A DNA stretch of 64,000 nucleotides, taken from the IMG/VR virus record IMGVR_UViG_3300037067_007554, positions 1 through 64,000 of that record; one strand, 5' to 3'. The stretch's first letter is position 1. The number at the start of each line of letters is the position of its first letter. The notes under the pieces are model-generated. The model did no database searches. It worked only from the letters and a program-made list of their open reading frames with translations, and was not told the DNA's origin. Position numbers and translations under genes: made by a program. This stretch comes from a virus (Duplodnaviria > Caudoviricetes). Shown here in pieces: positions 28,300 through 37,092 of the stretch.

Positions 28300-28538
28300 G
28301 CGTTCCCAAGCATGGCCGGCACTGCGTTGAAAGACCCAGTTACGACGGTCGTAAACTCCCGCGAGGAAACGACTGCATGGATTGCTGGCGTATGTATTTT
28401 TACGCCCACAAGGACGAACCTATCACGGGTGCCGTCATGTTCCAGTTCATGTCGGCACTTCAGTTCTTGCGTTTTGATGCAAGCAGGGACGCACTGTCCG
28501 AGTTGGCCGACATTATAAGGTATCCCTATGAAGAATAG
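28296..28538 (+). CDS. hypothetical protein (Cys/His motif)
   Basis: ATGA overlap; HC..CMDC. Confidence 0.65.
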   Translation: MSVPKHGRHCVERPSYDGRKLPRGNDCMDCWRMYFYAHKDEPITGAVMFQFMSALQFLRFDASRDALSELADIIRYPYEE

Positions 28539-28776
28539 CCCAACCCCCTGGTCAGTTGAGGAAACCACAATCGACCGACGGGTCGTCGATGCAAACGGGA
28601 CGCCCATCTTCGGCCTGATTGAGCGTGACGGTCGCCAGTTCATGGTGATTCCGTTGCAGGAGAACGCCGAGAGAATCGTGGCGTGTGTGAATGCGTGTGC
28701 AGGTATTCCGACTGAAGACCTTCAACAACTCACACACGGAGAACTACATTGGGACAAGGAACTCAATCATGGATGA
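28528..28776 (+). CDS. SPEPW/ACVNA-family phage protein, paralog 5
   Basis: MKNSPTPW..AERIVACVNAC. Confidence 0.8.
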   Translation: MKNSPTPWSVEETTIDRRVVDANGTPIFGLIERDGRQFMVIPLQENAERIVACVNACAGIPTEDLQQLTHGELHWDKELNHG

Positions 28777-29032
28777 CCTCCGAACCTTCCCGCTATCCGC
28801 ATTCCAAGGCACCTGTCCAATCTGCAAGGAAGTCCTCGCCGGCCTGCCTGATGCCAAGCATCTCTACGCCGGCCGAGTCTGGCGCCCCGAAGAGAAGGAC
28901 CCAGAGAAACGATCCGAGGCAAAGTACGTGTGCAAGAACAGAAAACCCCGAGAAGCCCCATGCGAGCCGACCCCCACATCAAGCGAAAACCAAGAGCCGA
29001 ACCCGCCCCCGTCGATCCACTCACCCTCCTAA
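28769..29032 (+). CDS. hypothetical protein (CPIC)
   Basis: AAGGA RBS; overlaps neighbours. Confidence 0.5.
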   Translation: MDDLRTFPLSAFQGTCPICKEVLAGLPDAKHLYAGRVWRPEEKDPEKRSEAKYVCKNRKPREAPCEPTPTSSENQEPNPPPSIHSPS

Positions 29033-29655
29033 GCGCCGAGGCCCGTCTCGCGATTCTCGGCAAACGACTGGTGGCCAAAGACCCCGTGTTGCGGGTGCTG
29101 ATGGAGAAGGTGCTGTACAACTGTAGTGGAACCCACGCACAGGACCCGTATGGATCACCCATGAAGTGGCAGTCCTGGAAAGAGCCGCTATCCAGACTGT
29201 CTGAATACAGAATCAGAAATGATGTCGGGGCTATCCTTGAAATCATGTCACAGGACTTCGTTGGAAGTCGCGGAAGTAGGGGATTGAACCTTGGCCATTC
29301 ACTCCTGAGTCAAGCAATCAAATACGGCAAGAAACTATGCTACGGTTCAACCAAGATGTCGCTCCGTCGGTGCCTCAAGGCGATACCCATTCCACCACTG
29401 GACAACCCGGTGGCCTTCCTCCCTGAGCAAACTGCTGAAGCATTCGGCAAGGAGAGCAATTACGGACTACGGGTCGTAGGCACCCCACTTCTAGCCCTTC
29501 ATGGTTTCTGTGTGGCCTCGCGAAAGCTCTGGTTTCACTGCATGACCAAGCGACTGCTGTACTTGAGAAAAGACGGGGAACAGTATCGGATATACTGTTT
29601 AGGCACTTGGACGTTTGGCGACCCGAAGGACTTGGTGTACCTGTACGAGGCGTAG
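28960..29655 (+). CDS. hypothetical protein
   Basis: 231-codon ORF in operon orientation. Confidence 0.65.
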   Translation: MRADPHIKRKPRAEPAPVDPLTLLSAEARLAILGKRLVAKDPVLRVLMEKVLYNCSGTHAQDPYGSPMKWQSWKEPLSRLSEYRIRNDVGAILEIMSQDFVGSRGSRGLNLGHSLLSQAIKYGKKLCYGSTKMSLRRCLKAIPIPPLDNPVAFLPEQTAEAFGKESNYGLRVVGTPLLALHGFCVASRKLWFHCMTKRLLYLRKDGEQYRIYCLGTWTFGDPKDLVYLYEA

Positions 29656-29664
29656 GAAATTAAG

Positions 29665-29865
29665 ATGGAATCCATGACCAGAACTGAGATCGAAGCCGAG
29701 CTGTTCCGGCTGCAAGGGCATGTACATGGAGGGCGACTGACGTTGCGTCCCGATGGAACGCGAGACCCAAACGACCATGCCTGCTATGGCTGTTCTCGGT
29801 ATATTCAACTGAGCAACATGCTCAGTGACCTTGTGGCTGCCGAGCAAAAGAAGGAAACCCCATGA
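29665..29865 (+). CDS. hypothetical protein
   Basis: RBS AGGA; ATGA overlap downstream. Confidence 0.6.
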   Translation: MESMTRTEIEAELFRLQGHVHGGRLTLRPDGTRDPNDHACYGCSRYIQLSNMLSDLVAAEQKKETP

Positions 29866-30128
29866 CAAAACACCGATTCAACATCGCTTGGGCACTTGCT
29901 CCAGGAGATTACTGGCTCCTCAAGGGAGGTCAAGGCAATGGTAGGATTGCTCCAAAAAATGGCGGAAAGCGATTTAGTCTTCTGGTTCGGACCGACACTT
30001 GAGCCTACTCTCGTGAGGAATACTCCGCTACGGCATCCTGGAGCGACCGTAAGGGCGAAGTGAGTCTGACCATCGCCGAGTATCAGAAGACCAAGCGAAA
30101 GAAAAAGAAAAGGAGAAGGGCCCCGTGA
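29862..30128 (+). pseudogene. ORF with in-frame TGA at 30000-30002
   Basis: ATGA overlap at the start and GTGA overlap at the end in one frame, with a single internal TGA; an alternative split into short ORFs is possible. Confidence 0.4.
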
Positions 30129-30379
30129 CTCCCGACCTCTCCCTCGTCTCCACGGACGACCTGATACGAGAAATTGCCAAGCGGTCGGACTGCGGAGTCG
30201 CCATCTACCTTCAGGAACTGACGAAGAAGGGGAACGACCTCCAGGTGGACCGCCCGTCGCTTCATCGGTGGGGAAGCACGTTCACTCAACTTGGTTTGCT
30301 CGACTACTGGAAGAGTCACCTACTTGGAGAAGTCTTCCAGTCATTTACCATGGACGCACCGGAGAAAGAAGAACCATGA
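30125..30379 (+). CDS. hypothetical protein
   Basis: AGGAG RBS; LSLVSTDDLIREI start typical of small phage proteins. Confidence 0.7.
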   Translation: MTPDLSLVSTDDLIREIAKRSDCGVAIYLQELTKKGNDLQVDRPSLHRWGSTFTQLGLLDYWKSHLLGEVFQSFTMDAPEKEEP

Positions 30380-30972
30380 CCCTTGCCATTATCTGGACTT
30401 GGACGTGCGACGAGTGCGGAAAGACGCACGCGAAAGAGCAGGGCAAGTTGCTCCCTGGCAACACGGTTATACACTACGATATCCCGTCCGGCTGGCACTT
30501 CATTCGAGGCAGGATGGTTTGCGATGAGCACAAAATCACGATCGAACCACGGGGGGCACCAGAGGCACCTGGGCCAACGTCCCATTCTGCCAGCACGTTA
30601 GGACCGGGAGAGGAGAATAGCAAGTCCACAACAACTACCGAGATGGTCCAATTCCGAGACGATAATTGGGAAGAAGTCTTTGACTTTCTTCCTCCCTATG
30701 TTAGTTACAGCCTCACTCCTGATGGAGTTCTAACGATTAGAACTCCGACTACGGAATATGTTGTGCACAAGCACGACTGGATTGTTCGTGATGCAAGGGG
30801 ATTTTTAGAGGTACGCACCTCGACGCTTCCGAATGTTGGGCATGAACGATTTATAAAGGAGGCACCTGTCCCGCCGTCCCTTGACGAGGAACTCGATGCA
30901 CGTTTTCCTGGTTGCTTTAAGCCGAGAACCAAGAAGGACGACAAGGTACCACCTATCTGGCCAGAAGAATAG
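30376..30972 (+). CDS. hypothetical protein (CDECG Zn ribbon + C-terminal domain)
   Basis: ATGA overlap sets the start at 30376. Confidence 0.65.
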   Translation: MTLAIIWTWTCDECGKTHAKEQGKLLPGNTVIHYDIPSGWHFIRGRMVCDEHKITIEPRGAPEAPGPTSHSASTLGPGEENSKSTTTTEMVQFRDDNWEEVFDFLPPYVSYSLTPDGVLTIRTPTTEYVVHKHDWIVRDARGFLEVRTSTLPNVGHERFIKEAPVPPSLDEELDARFPGCFKPRTKKDDKVPPIWPEE

Positions 30973-30984
30973 GACCGTCCGTCC

Positions 30985-31185
30985 ATGATGACCCCGCCGC
31001 CCCAACCTCCGAAGAAAATCCTGACCAAGGGCCTCCTTCCCACAGTTGACTACTTGCAATACCTCGACGAGCTGGATGCCATCAAAGCGGAAAGACAGGC
31101 AGAAGCACTCACTACCATACGTGACGGACGGAAACTCACTTACAGTCACGGTCCTACAACTTCAAAGTGGAGAATACGGGACTAA
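30985..31185 (+). CDS. hypothetical protein
   Basis: Operon-tiling ORF. Confidence 0.5.
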   Translation: MMTPPPQPPKKILTKGLLPTVDYLQYLDELDAIKAERQAEALTTIRDGRKLTYSHGPTTSKWRIRD

Positions 31186-31188
31186 ACC

Positions 31189-31371
31189 ATGCTCCAGACC
31201 TTCAACGACCTGACCATCGACCCCGACAACATCGAAGCTATCTCTTCTCCAGTGGAGAGCAGGTACGCCACGATCTACCTGAAGCGGGGCAGGGAAATCC
31301 ACGTCTCCAAGGAAACGTGCGAGGTGCTGAAGAAGCATCTCGCCGATTTCCGCCGAAACCATGACCCCTGA
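31189..31371 (+). CDS. hypothetical protein
   Basis: Operon-tiling ORF; IDPDNIEAI..IYLKRG pattern. Confidence 0.6.
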   Translation: MLQTFNDLTIDPDNIEAISSPVESRYATIYLKRGREIHVSKETCEVLKKHLADFRRNHDP

Positions 31372-31594
31372 TCCTCCCATCCGCTGTCAGGCGTGCGCCA
31401 AGTACACGGGCACGTTCTCCAAGGACGGCCAGTGTCCCAACCAGGCCACGGAGACGGTCTGTGTCGGCTCCCGCAAGACGCTGCTGTGCAAGGAGCACGC
31501 CGACTTCGCCAGGTTAGGCGTGTGGGCGATGGTGACGACAAAAGAGGTGCCGTGGGTGGAACCAAGCCAGGAGAATGACGATGCCAAGATGTGA
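31361..31594 (+). CDS. Cys-rich hypothetical protein
   Basis: Operon-tiling ORF; CQAC..C..LCKEH. Confidence 0.6.
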   Translation: MTPDPPIRCQACAKYTGTFSKDGQCPNQATETVCVGSRKTLLCKEHADFARLGVWAMVTTKEVPWVEPSQENDDAKM

Positions 31595-31778
31595 AGAGTG
31601 CAAGTTCTGGGAAAGGAAAGGCGAGTCCACCGGATTGTGCCGTATCGGCCGGCCGACATTTCATGCACTGGTCATCCCCTTTGAGACTTATCGAGCCGAA
31701 GCAGCCACAACTGGTATATGGCCGACTACGCTGGATTCGGATTCGTGTGGTAAAGGCAAGCCGAAGGAACTCCAATGA
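31575..31778 (+). CDS. Cys-rich hypothetical protein
   Basis: CEECKFW..GLCR..WP....SCG, a common small phage family pattern. Confidence 0.65.
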   Translation: MTMPRCEECKFWERKGESTGLCRIGRPTFHALVIPFETYRAEAATTGIWPTTLDSDSCGKGKPKELQ

Positions 31779-32008
31779 CCAAACGCCATCGACCCGCCGA
31801 GCCCCTCTTCGCTCAGGCTGTCCCTGCCATCGCCACCAGCATCCTCGTCTTCACTCCCGGCCGCCTCACCGTTGGCGAGTTGAAGCGGCAACTCGACCTG
31901 CTGGACGTGGGCGATGACGTGGTAGTCAAGACGATCAACGGCGACAATTGGCGGCTGCTCGAACACATGAGCTTCTGTAGGAGCAAAGGCGAGGTGGTGC
32001 TGTGGTAA
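31775..32008 (+). CDS. hypothetical protein
   Basis: ATGA overlap; LTVGELKRQL motif. Confidence 0.65.
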   Translation: MTKRHRPAEPLFAQAVPAIATSILVFTPGRLTVGELKRQLDLLDVGDDVVVKTINGDNWRLLEHMSFCRSKGEVVLW

Positions 32009-32208
32009 AGCAGAACCTCAACCCCGATCCCAATGAACGGCCGCCCCGAGTCCTCCTCCAGGACATCCTCGAAACGACCTACATCTTGTGTCGTAACTGC
32101 GGGATGCCCGTGCATGTCCCGGTAGTCCCCATTGAGGTAACCCCAGAAAAACTGTGGCCCTGTCCGTACTGTGGAACCAGCCCGTTCTTACCGAAAGGAA
32201 ACCCATGA
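32002..32208 (+). CDS. Zn-ribbon hypothetical protein
   Basis: CRNCG..CPYCG. Confidence 0.6.
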   Translation: MVKQNLNPDPNERPPRVLLQDILETTYILCRNCGMPVHVPVVPIEVTPEKLWPCPYCGTSPFLPKGNP

Positions 32209-32603
32209 CTGACGAACCAGATATGGACCTCTCCCTCCGTTTCTACTCCTTCAAGACAACCATCAGCGAGAACGCCAACACCGGCTATGCGAACGACGCC
32301 GATGCCCTCGGCACGATGATAGCGGCCATGCTTGTATCGCTCCACACGGCTCGAAATGATACGTCTTCCGGTGACGTTTCTCCCTTCCGCATCCTGGCCG
32401 AGGGCATTACGACGTTGAAACCCTATGCCTACGCTCACGAGGAATCGGCGTTCGTCCTTGCCGCCGAAGACTTCTGCGACGAGGACGACCGAGAAACCGA
32501 GAGGAGAGAGGAGGCCGAAGAGGAAGCTGCAAAAACGGTTGTCCAGGCTGGTGCGGACCAGATCGACCAGACGGATGACAAGGCCAGGAATACAGTGAGG
32601 TGA
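32205..32603 (+). CDS. acidic hypothetical protein
   Basis: ATGA overlap at 32205. Confidence 0.65.
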   Translation: MTDEPDMDLSLRFYSFKTTISENANTGYANDADALGTMIAAMLVSLHTARNDTSSGDVSPFRILAEGITTLKPYAYAHEESAFVLAAEDFCDEDDRETERREEAEEEAAKTVVQAGADQIDQTDDKARNTVR

Positions 32604-32606
32604 ACC

Positions 32607-32795
32607 ATGGGTGACGAAACCGACTGTCACGATGCCTGCAAACAGAGCAAGCGGGCAATGATGCCGGATGAGATGATCGAATTCCTCTTGGCACCTGCTT
32701 TTAGCCCAGAAGTCTTTCAGGCCATAAACGCCATTATCGACGCCTACGACAATGTCTACGTCGATGCAGAAACCAAGACGGAGGACAAGACGTAA
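32607..32795 (+). CDS. hypothetical protein
   Basis: GAGGTGA RBS. Confidence 0.55.
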   Translation: MGDETDCHDACKQSKRAMMPDEMIEFLLAPAFSPEVFQAINAIIDAYDNVYVDAETKTEDKT

Positions 32796-33086
32796 GCAAC
32801 GTGGGAATGCGGTTGCAGTACGGTCGGGAACCGCAGCCCTGGACAAAAGGGACAAAACAGGTCATTTGTGCCCAAATTGTCCGAGTGGTCAAGAAAAGCG
32901 TTGAATTCCCATTGTGAATAGTGAAAATCAGGTTCGTTGTCCGGGCAGACAAACAAATCAACCTACGTGAGGGCCGCTGAATTCTTCTGCCCGGAGAACA
33001 AGCGGCCCTCACTTTTTTGTCAGGTCCCAAAGCACAAGGTAAAACGACGGCACGTCGAGACGGCTCGCCGCTGATCCGGAGGACCA

Positions 33087-34139
33087 ATGGCAAGAAATCA
33101 CCGAGCGGCAATCCGCGAGGATGGATACCCAACGACATCGCATCCCCCCGGACAGCCTCAATCTGTCCCGCTCTACAGCCTATCCGTCCGGTCCTACCAG
33201 GACATCAAGGTCAACCCCATCACCTGGCTCTGGAAAAACCGCCTTGCCTTTGGCAAGTTTTCTCTCTTCGCGGGTGTTCCGGGTGCTGGTAAGACCTACG
33301 CCATGTGCGATCTTGTAGCCCGCTGTTCCCAAGGTGGCATGTTTCCAGACGGAACCCCTGTACCCCATTGCGAGTCACTCATTCTCTCGGCCGAAGATGG
33401 AGCTGAAGACACCCTGAAGCCCCGCCTCCTTGCCCATAACGCCGACATGAACATGGTGCACCACCTAGACGGAGTACGAACCCAGGACCGGGACCTGTTC
33501 TTCGCCGTCTCAAGATACACAGACCTGCTGGACAAGTGGCTGGATGGTCACCCCCACGTTCGTCTCATCGCCATCGACCCTATTACAGCCTTCATGGGAG
33601 ACGACGTTGACGACTACAAAAACGCCGAAGTTCGAGCGGCCCTCGGTCCCTTGGCTGCAATGGCAGACCAGCGAAAAATTACCATCCTTGGAATCACTCA
33701 CCTGAGCAAGAGCCAAACCAAGAGCATCAACCGGGTTATTGGCTCCATCGCCTACGTTGCTGCCGCTAGGGCGGTCTGGCTCATCGACCACGATCCCAAC
33801 GAACATGGTCGCAGGCTGTTTCTCCAAATCAAGAACAATCTCGGACACGCCGATGGACTCGCTTTTTCTATCAATCCTCCCGCCCCCATCGCATGGGAGT
33901 CAGATCCCGTGACCATGACGGCCGACGACCTCAGCGACACGACGCATACGACATCACAGGAAGCGGCTGTCGAATGGTTGCGGGACTCGTTATCCGATGG
34001 TCCAGTTTCTGCCCGTCAGATTCTGTCCCAGTGTGAACGGGAAGGTATCTCAAAAAGGACCTTGGGCCGTGCGAAAAAGGCTCTCAAGGTCATCTCCAAG
34101 CACAAGGAGTCATCCTGGTTTTGGATGATTCCAGAGTAG
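33087..34139 (+). CDS. AAA_25 / RepA-like replicative helicase-ATPase with C-terminal winged helix
   Basis: Walker A GVPGAGKT, LSAEDG, Walker B LIAIDP, HLSK, GSIAYVAAARAV; GGAGG RBS. Confidence 0.85.
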   Translation: MARNHRAAIREDGYPTTSHPPGQPQSVPLYSLSVRSYQDIKVNPITWLWKNRLAFGKFSLFAGVPGAGKTYAMCDLVARCSQGGMFPDGTPVPHCESLILSAEDGAEDTLKPRLLAHNADMNMVHHLDGVRTQDRDLFFAVSRYTDLLDKWLDGHPHVRLIAIDPITAFMGDDVDDYKNAEVRAALGPLAAMADQRKITILGITHLSKSQTKSINRVIGSIAYVAAARAVWLIDHDPNEHGRRLFLQIKNNLGHADGLAFSINPPAPIAWESDPVTMTADDLSDTTHTTSQEAAVEWLRDSLSDGPVSARQILSQCEREGISKRTLGRAKKALKVISKHKESSWFWMIPE

Positions 34140-34163
34140 GCTGTGCTCCCACCCAAAAGCTGG

Positions 34164-34311
34164 AAGGATGCCAACTTTACTACCGTGGCATCCTTGGCAT
34201 CCTTGGCAACGTTGCCACAACTCCAACAATAACACTAACTTACGGTGAGAGAGCAGTAGTAAAAAAAGTCAAGGATGCCAAGATGGCCAAGGTATAGAAA
34301 TTGGCATCCTT
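34164..34311. repeat. TTGGCATCC(TT) iteron-like repeats in alternating orientation
   Basis: AAGGATGCCAA at 34164 and 34271; tandem TGGCATCCT units at 34186-34204; TTGGCATCCTT at 34301. Confidence 0.7.
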
Positions 34312-34567
34312 GGCTCTGTTGAGTAGGCGATTTTTCACTATTCGATTGCTGGAAAGCCAAGTTTCTGACCCCAAAGGTTTTTGGGACGAAGAAAAATGGG
34401 TGAGTATGTTGACTATTACAGCAGAGCGATGGGGGACCCTACCCCCTGGGCTCCTTCGGCTGCATGTAAGTCATTGGTAGCAAACATGTTGCATTCGCAC
34501 CTTTGTATGACACCCATCCTGACTAGCCCTACCTAGCCGCTGTGAGTACGTGCATTTGGGGGTCTCC

Positions 34568-34653
34568 TGACTCACATTGACTACACCTCACTGTAGTCAA
34601 TGTCATCACAATGACTACAGTAGTCATTGGAATGAGTCATCAGAATGACTACA
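34568..34653. repeat. TGACTAC/GTAGTCA palindromic repeat cluster
   Basis: ATTGACTACA (34576) / TGTAGTCAAT (34592); AATGACTAC-A-GTAGTCATT (34610-34628); AATGAGTCAT (34631); AATGACTACA (34644). Confidence 0.7.
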
Positions 34654-34990
34654 CATAGACCAGGCGGGTGTCGCAATTTTGACACACACCCAGCTATCGG
34701 GTGGAAAAGCAACTAAACCTGTTTTGCGGCAACGGGTTACGGCAACGGCCTGGCTTGCAAAGTGTAGTCACTTTGATGAATCGTGGTGCTTAAACACCAG
34801 AAAATGTGACCACACCAGAATTGCATGGTGACATACGTAAATTGTTTCGCAGAAACACTTTACGCGAATTTTGTACACGCCAAAACGGGTGGAAAGGTGC
34901 GTATTGTACAGACTTTGGTGGTTGTCTGGCCGCGAAACCTGCGACCGACTGACAAGAGGTTCCCCGATCCCTTTACAAGTGAGGTGTGAC

Positions 34991-35593
34991 ATGGCTAAGA
35001 GCAAAAGTGTTCCGATTGAGTTACTGCAACGTGTTGCTCGTGGCGAGGTATCGGTAGCGGATGCTCTCGCCGCAATGGGCGACCGGCCGACAACGGCAGC
35101 GGGTCGAGCTACGGGCCGGCCTGTTGGGCGGCCGAAGGGTGAGGATCGGCTTATCGTTATCGTCCGGGAATGGCGAGCGCTGGAGGACAAGGCGGAGCGT
35201 ACTCCCGCTGAGGAGGCAAGATTGGCGAAGCTACGAAAGACGGTCGCAAACCCCCCCGAAAGGCTAGGCTTGCTGACAGGCGAGAAAACAGCCATGGCCC
35301 CCGATGGAAGGGTTGGTGTCCGGGTCCGCGGTGACGCCCACCGGGGTGACAAGCCTACGTGGAGAGGGAGGAAGTACACGATGGTTCCCGTCCGAGAAAA
35401 GCGTATCCTACGGCGGAAAATGCTCATGGAACGGGATCTCGTCGGCCGTCCAGCGCAGGCCCCAGGGTACTGCCTGCCGAGGGAGTACGAGTGCAATATC
35501 ATCCCGCTCTATCAGCGGCAGGCAGTGCTTTGCCTCATCCAGGAGCATGTTGTGGACATTGCCATGGGAAGCATGATGCTGACGATGGCATGA
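34991..35593 (+). CDS. hypothetical protein (basic)
   Basis: GAGGTGT RBS before ATG 34991; followed by a terminator. Confidence 0.6.
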   Translation: MAKSKSVPIELLQRVARGEVSVADALAAMGDRPTTAAGRATGRPVGRPKGEDRLIVIVREWRALEDKAERTPAEEARLAKLRKTVANPPERLGLLTGEKTAMAPDGRVGVRVRGDAHRGDKPTWRGRKYTMVPVREKRILRRKMLMERDLVGRPAQAPGYCLPREYECNIIPLYQRQAVLCLIQEHVVDIAMGSMMLTMA

Positions 35594-35606
35594 GATGATT
35601 CGACAG

Positions 35607-35636
35607 AAAAAAGCCCCCAGAAATGGGGGCTTTTTT
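35607..35636 (+). terminator. bidirectional Rho-independent terminator
   Basis: AAAAAAGCCCCCA-GAAA-TGGGGGCTTTTTT. Confidence 0.85.
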
Positions 35637-35745
35637 CGTTTCCACCCCTCTTTTGGAAGCCGGCCGGCAATTTTGCTTTTGTTGTGAGGCCGGTCGGTTG
35701 ACCGGCAAACCGAGAACGAGAACCCTTGAACAAGTGAGGTGTGCT

Positions 35746-36102
35746 ATGAGTACCGTTATGGATTCCCCGATTGCTGCGAAGAGGCCGGTGTCAATGGCTG
35801 CGATCCCCCCTAACGCCACAAAGGATGTGGTGCTGGCCATGTTGGGTGCTGGAACGATCACGGCACAATCCGCAGCCGCTTGGCTTGACGCTGACACGGC
35901 CGCAAAGGTTGCCGCGGCAAGGGCGCTTCGGCCGCAGAACAACCTCCGGTGCAAGGTCAGTGAGAAGAAGGCGTTGAGCATCTATGGGCTCCAGAGGATG
36001 CCAGTCACTCTCTACGTTGAGCAATGGGAGCGGCTCTTGGCGTTCGCCGATGAGGTTCGCACCTTCATCGTCACCCATACGGCCGAGTTCTCCCGCAAAT
36101 AG
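35746..36102 (+). CDS. conserved hypothetical protein (KVSEK..SIYGL.R.PVTLY.EQW family)
   Basis: GAGGTGT RBS; recognisable conserved C-terminal motif. Confidence 0.75.
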   Translation: MSTVMDSPIAAKRPVSMAAIPPNATKDVVLAMLGAGTITAQSAAAWLDADTAAKVAAARALRPQNNLRCKVSEKKALSIYGLQRMPVTLYVEQWERLLAFADEVRTFIVTHTAEFSRK

Positions 36103-36184
36103 TCCGGCCGAGGGGGTGCAATTCAGCCCGGCCCTGCAACCCGGGCTTTGTTCTGCCCCTTCCCATTAGCAAGCGAGGTGTACC

Positions 36185-36355
36185 GTGAAGCCCATCGTTC
36201 ACAAGCTGACTATCGACACCCTAATCCGCTCTGGCAAGAGTTGGCTACAGGGCAACGGCGTGACCGTGCGGAAGGTCGTGGCCTACTACCGCAAGGAGTA
36301 CGGGCTGTCTTCCCATCGGGTGAGTCAACTCCGGCGGGGACTGGCGACGAGCTAG
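36185..36355 (+). CDS. small basic HTH-like protein (56 aa, below the ORF-track cutoff)
   Basis: GAGGTGT RBS, GTG start, MKPIVHKLTIDTLIRSGKSW..SHRVSQLRRG. Confidence 0.6.
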   Translation: MKPIVHKLTIDTLIRSGKSWLQGNGVTVRKVVAYYRKEYGLSSHRVSQLRRGLATS

Positions 36356-36454
36356 GCCCCTGACAACGTGCCGCCAGTGGAGTGCCACCGTGCCGTAGTG
36401 TGAGCCGGTGCGGAGGCTTTCCCCTTGCGTTTCCTTAGACCTGGAGGTGTGACC

Positions 36455-36637
36455 ATGCTCAGCATGACGTGTGAGATTGTGCGCCGGCAAAATGCCCGGC
36501 GGGACGGCCGTTGTTTCCCCTCCCTCAAAACGGTGAGGGAGGCGTTCGAGAGCGACAGCCAGGAGGATGAGAACCGGGAGTACCAGGAGTTCGCCAGCCC
36601 GTACTGGGACCAGGCGAGGGGCATGAGTGACCTGTAG
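36455..36637 (+). CDS. hypothetical protein
   Basis: GGAGGTGT RBS. Confidence 0.6.
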   Translation: MLSMTCEIVRRQNARRDGRCFPSLKTVREAFESDSQEDENREYQEFASPYWDQARGMSDL

Positions 36638-36755
36638 AGGTCCGTGCCGCCAATAGGACGTGATACACCGCCCCGTCAGCGTGTCTCGATACTCTCGCCG
36701 GGACGACGGGGCGAGGTTTCGTGCCCTACCCATCCCTTGGACTGCGAGGTGTACC

Positions 36756-36980
36756 ATGTGTCTCGGACTGACGTGCGGCCAGATAGCAGCCCTGTGGCGG
36801 GGTGGCAACCAAGAGGCTGCACCGTACTTCATGGCGAGGTACGGGAGCAAACAGGACTGCTGCAAGGTGGTTCTGGAGGTGTGCCGCCAGGACGGACCGT
36901 ACTCTGCGGACTGCTTTGTCCGGGAGTTGGAGAAGCAGTTGGCGCTCTTGGAGGAGAACGCCAGGATCAGCGTAGCGTAG
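36756..36980 (+). CDS. hypothetical protein
   Basis: GAGGTGT RBS. Confidence 0.6.
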   Translation: MCLGLTCGQIAALWRGGNQEAAPYFMARYGSKQDCCKVVLEVCRQDGPYSADCFVRELEKQLALLEENARISVA

Positions 36981-37000
36981 TGCCGCCAGAGTAACCCTAT

Positions 37001-37092
37001 TGGCCCCGGCTGGTAGGCGGGACTTCACGCCGTTGCGTTTTGCCGGCGGAATACCGATGCCGAGAGTTGAGGTTCGATTCCTCATTGGGCCA
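37001..37092 (+). ncRNA. tRNA-like element (non-canonical or degenerate)
   Basis: T arm TGAGG-TTCGATT-CCTCA (37068-37084); acceptor-like pairing TGGCCCCG/TTGGGCCA with one mismatch; no canonical D or anticodon arm and no encoded CCA. Confidence 0.45.

Noticed and set aside
37001-37092. Calling a canonical functional tRNA with a defined anticodon
   Set aside because: No canonical D arm, no 5-bp anticodon stem with a 7-nt loop, an acceptor mismatch and no CCA.
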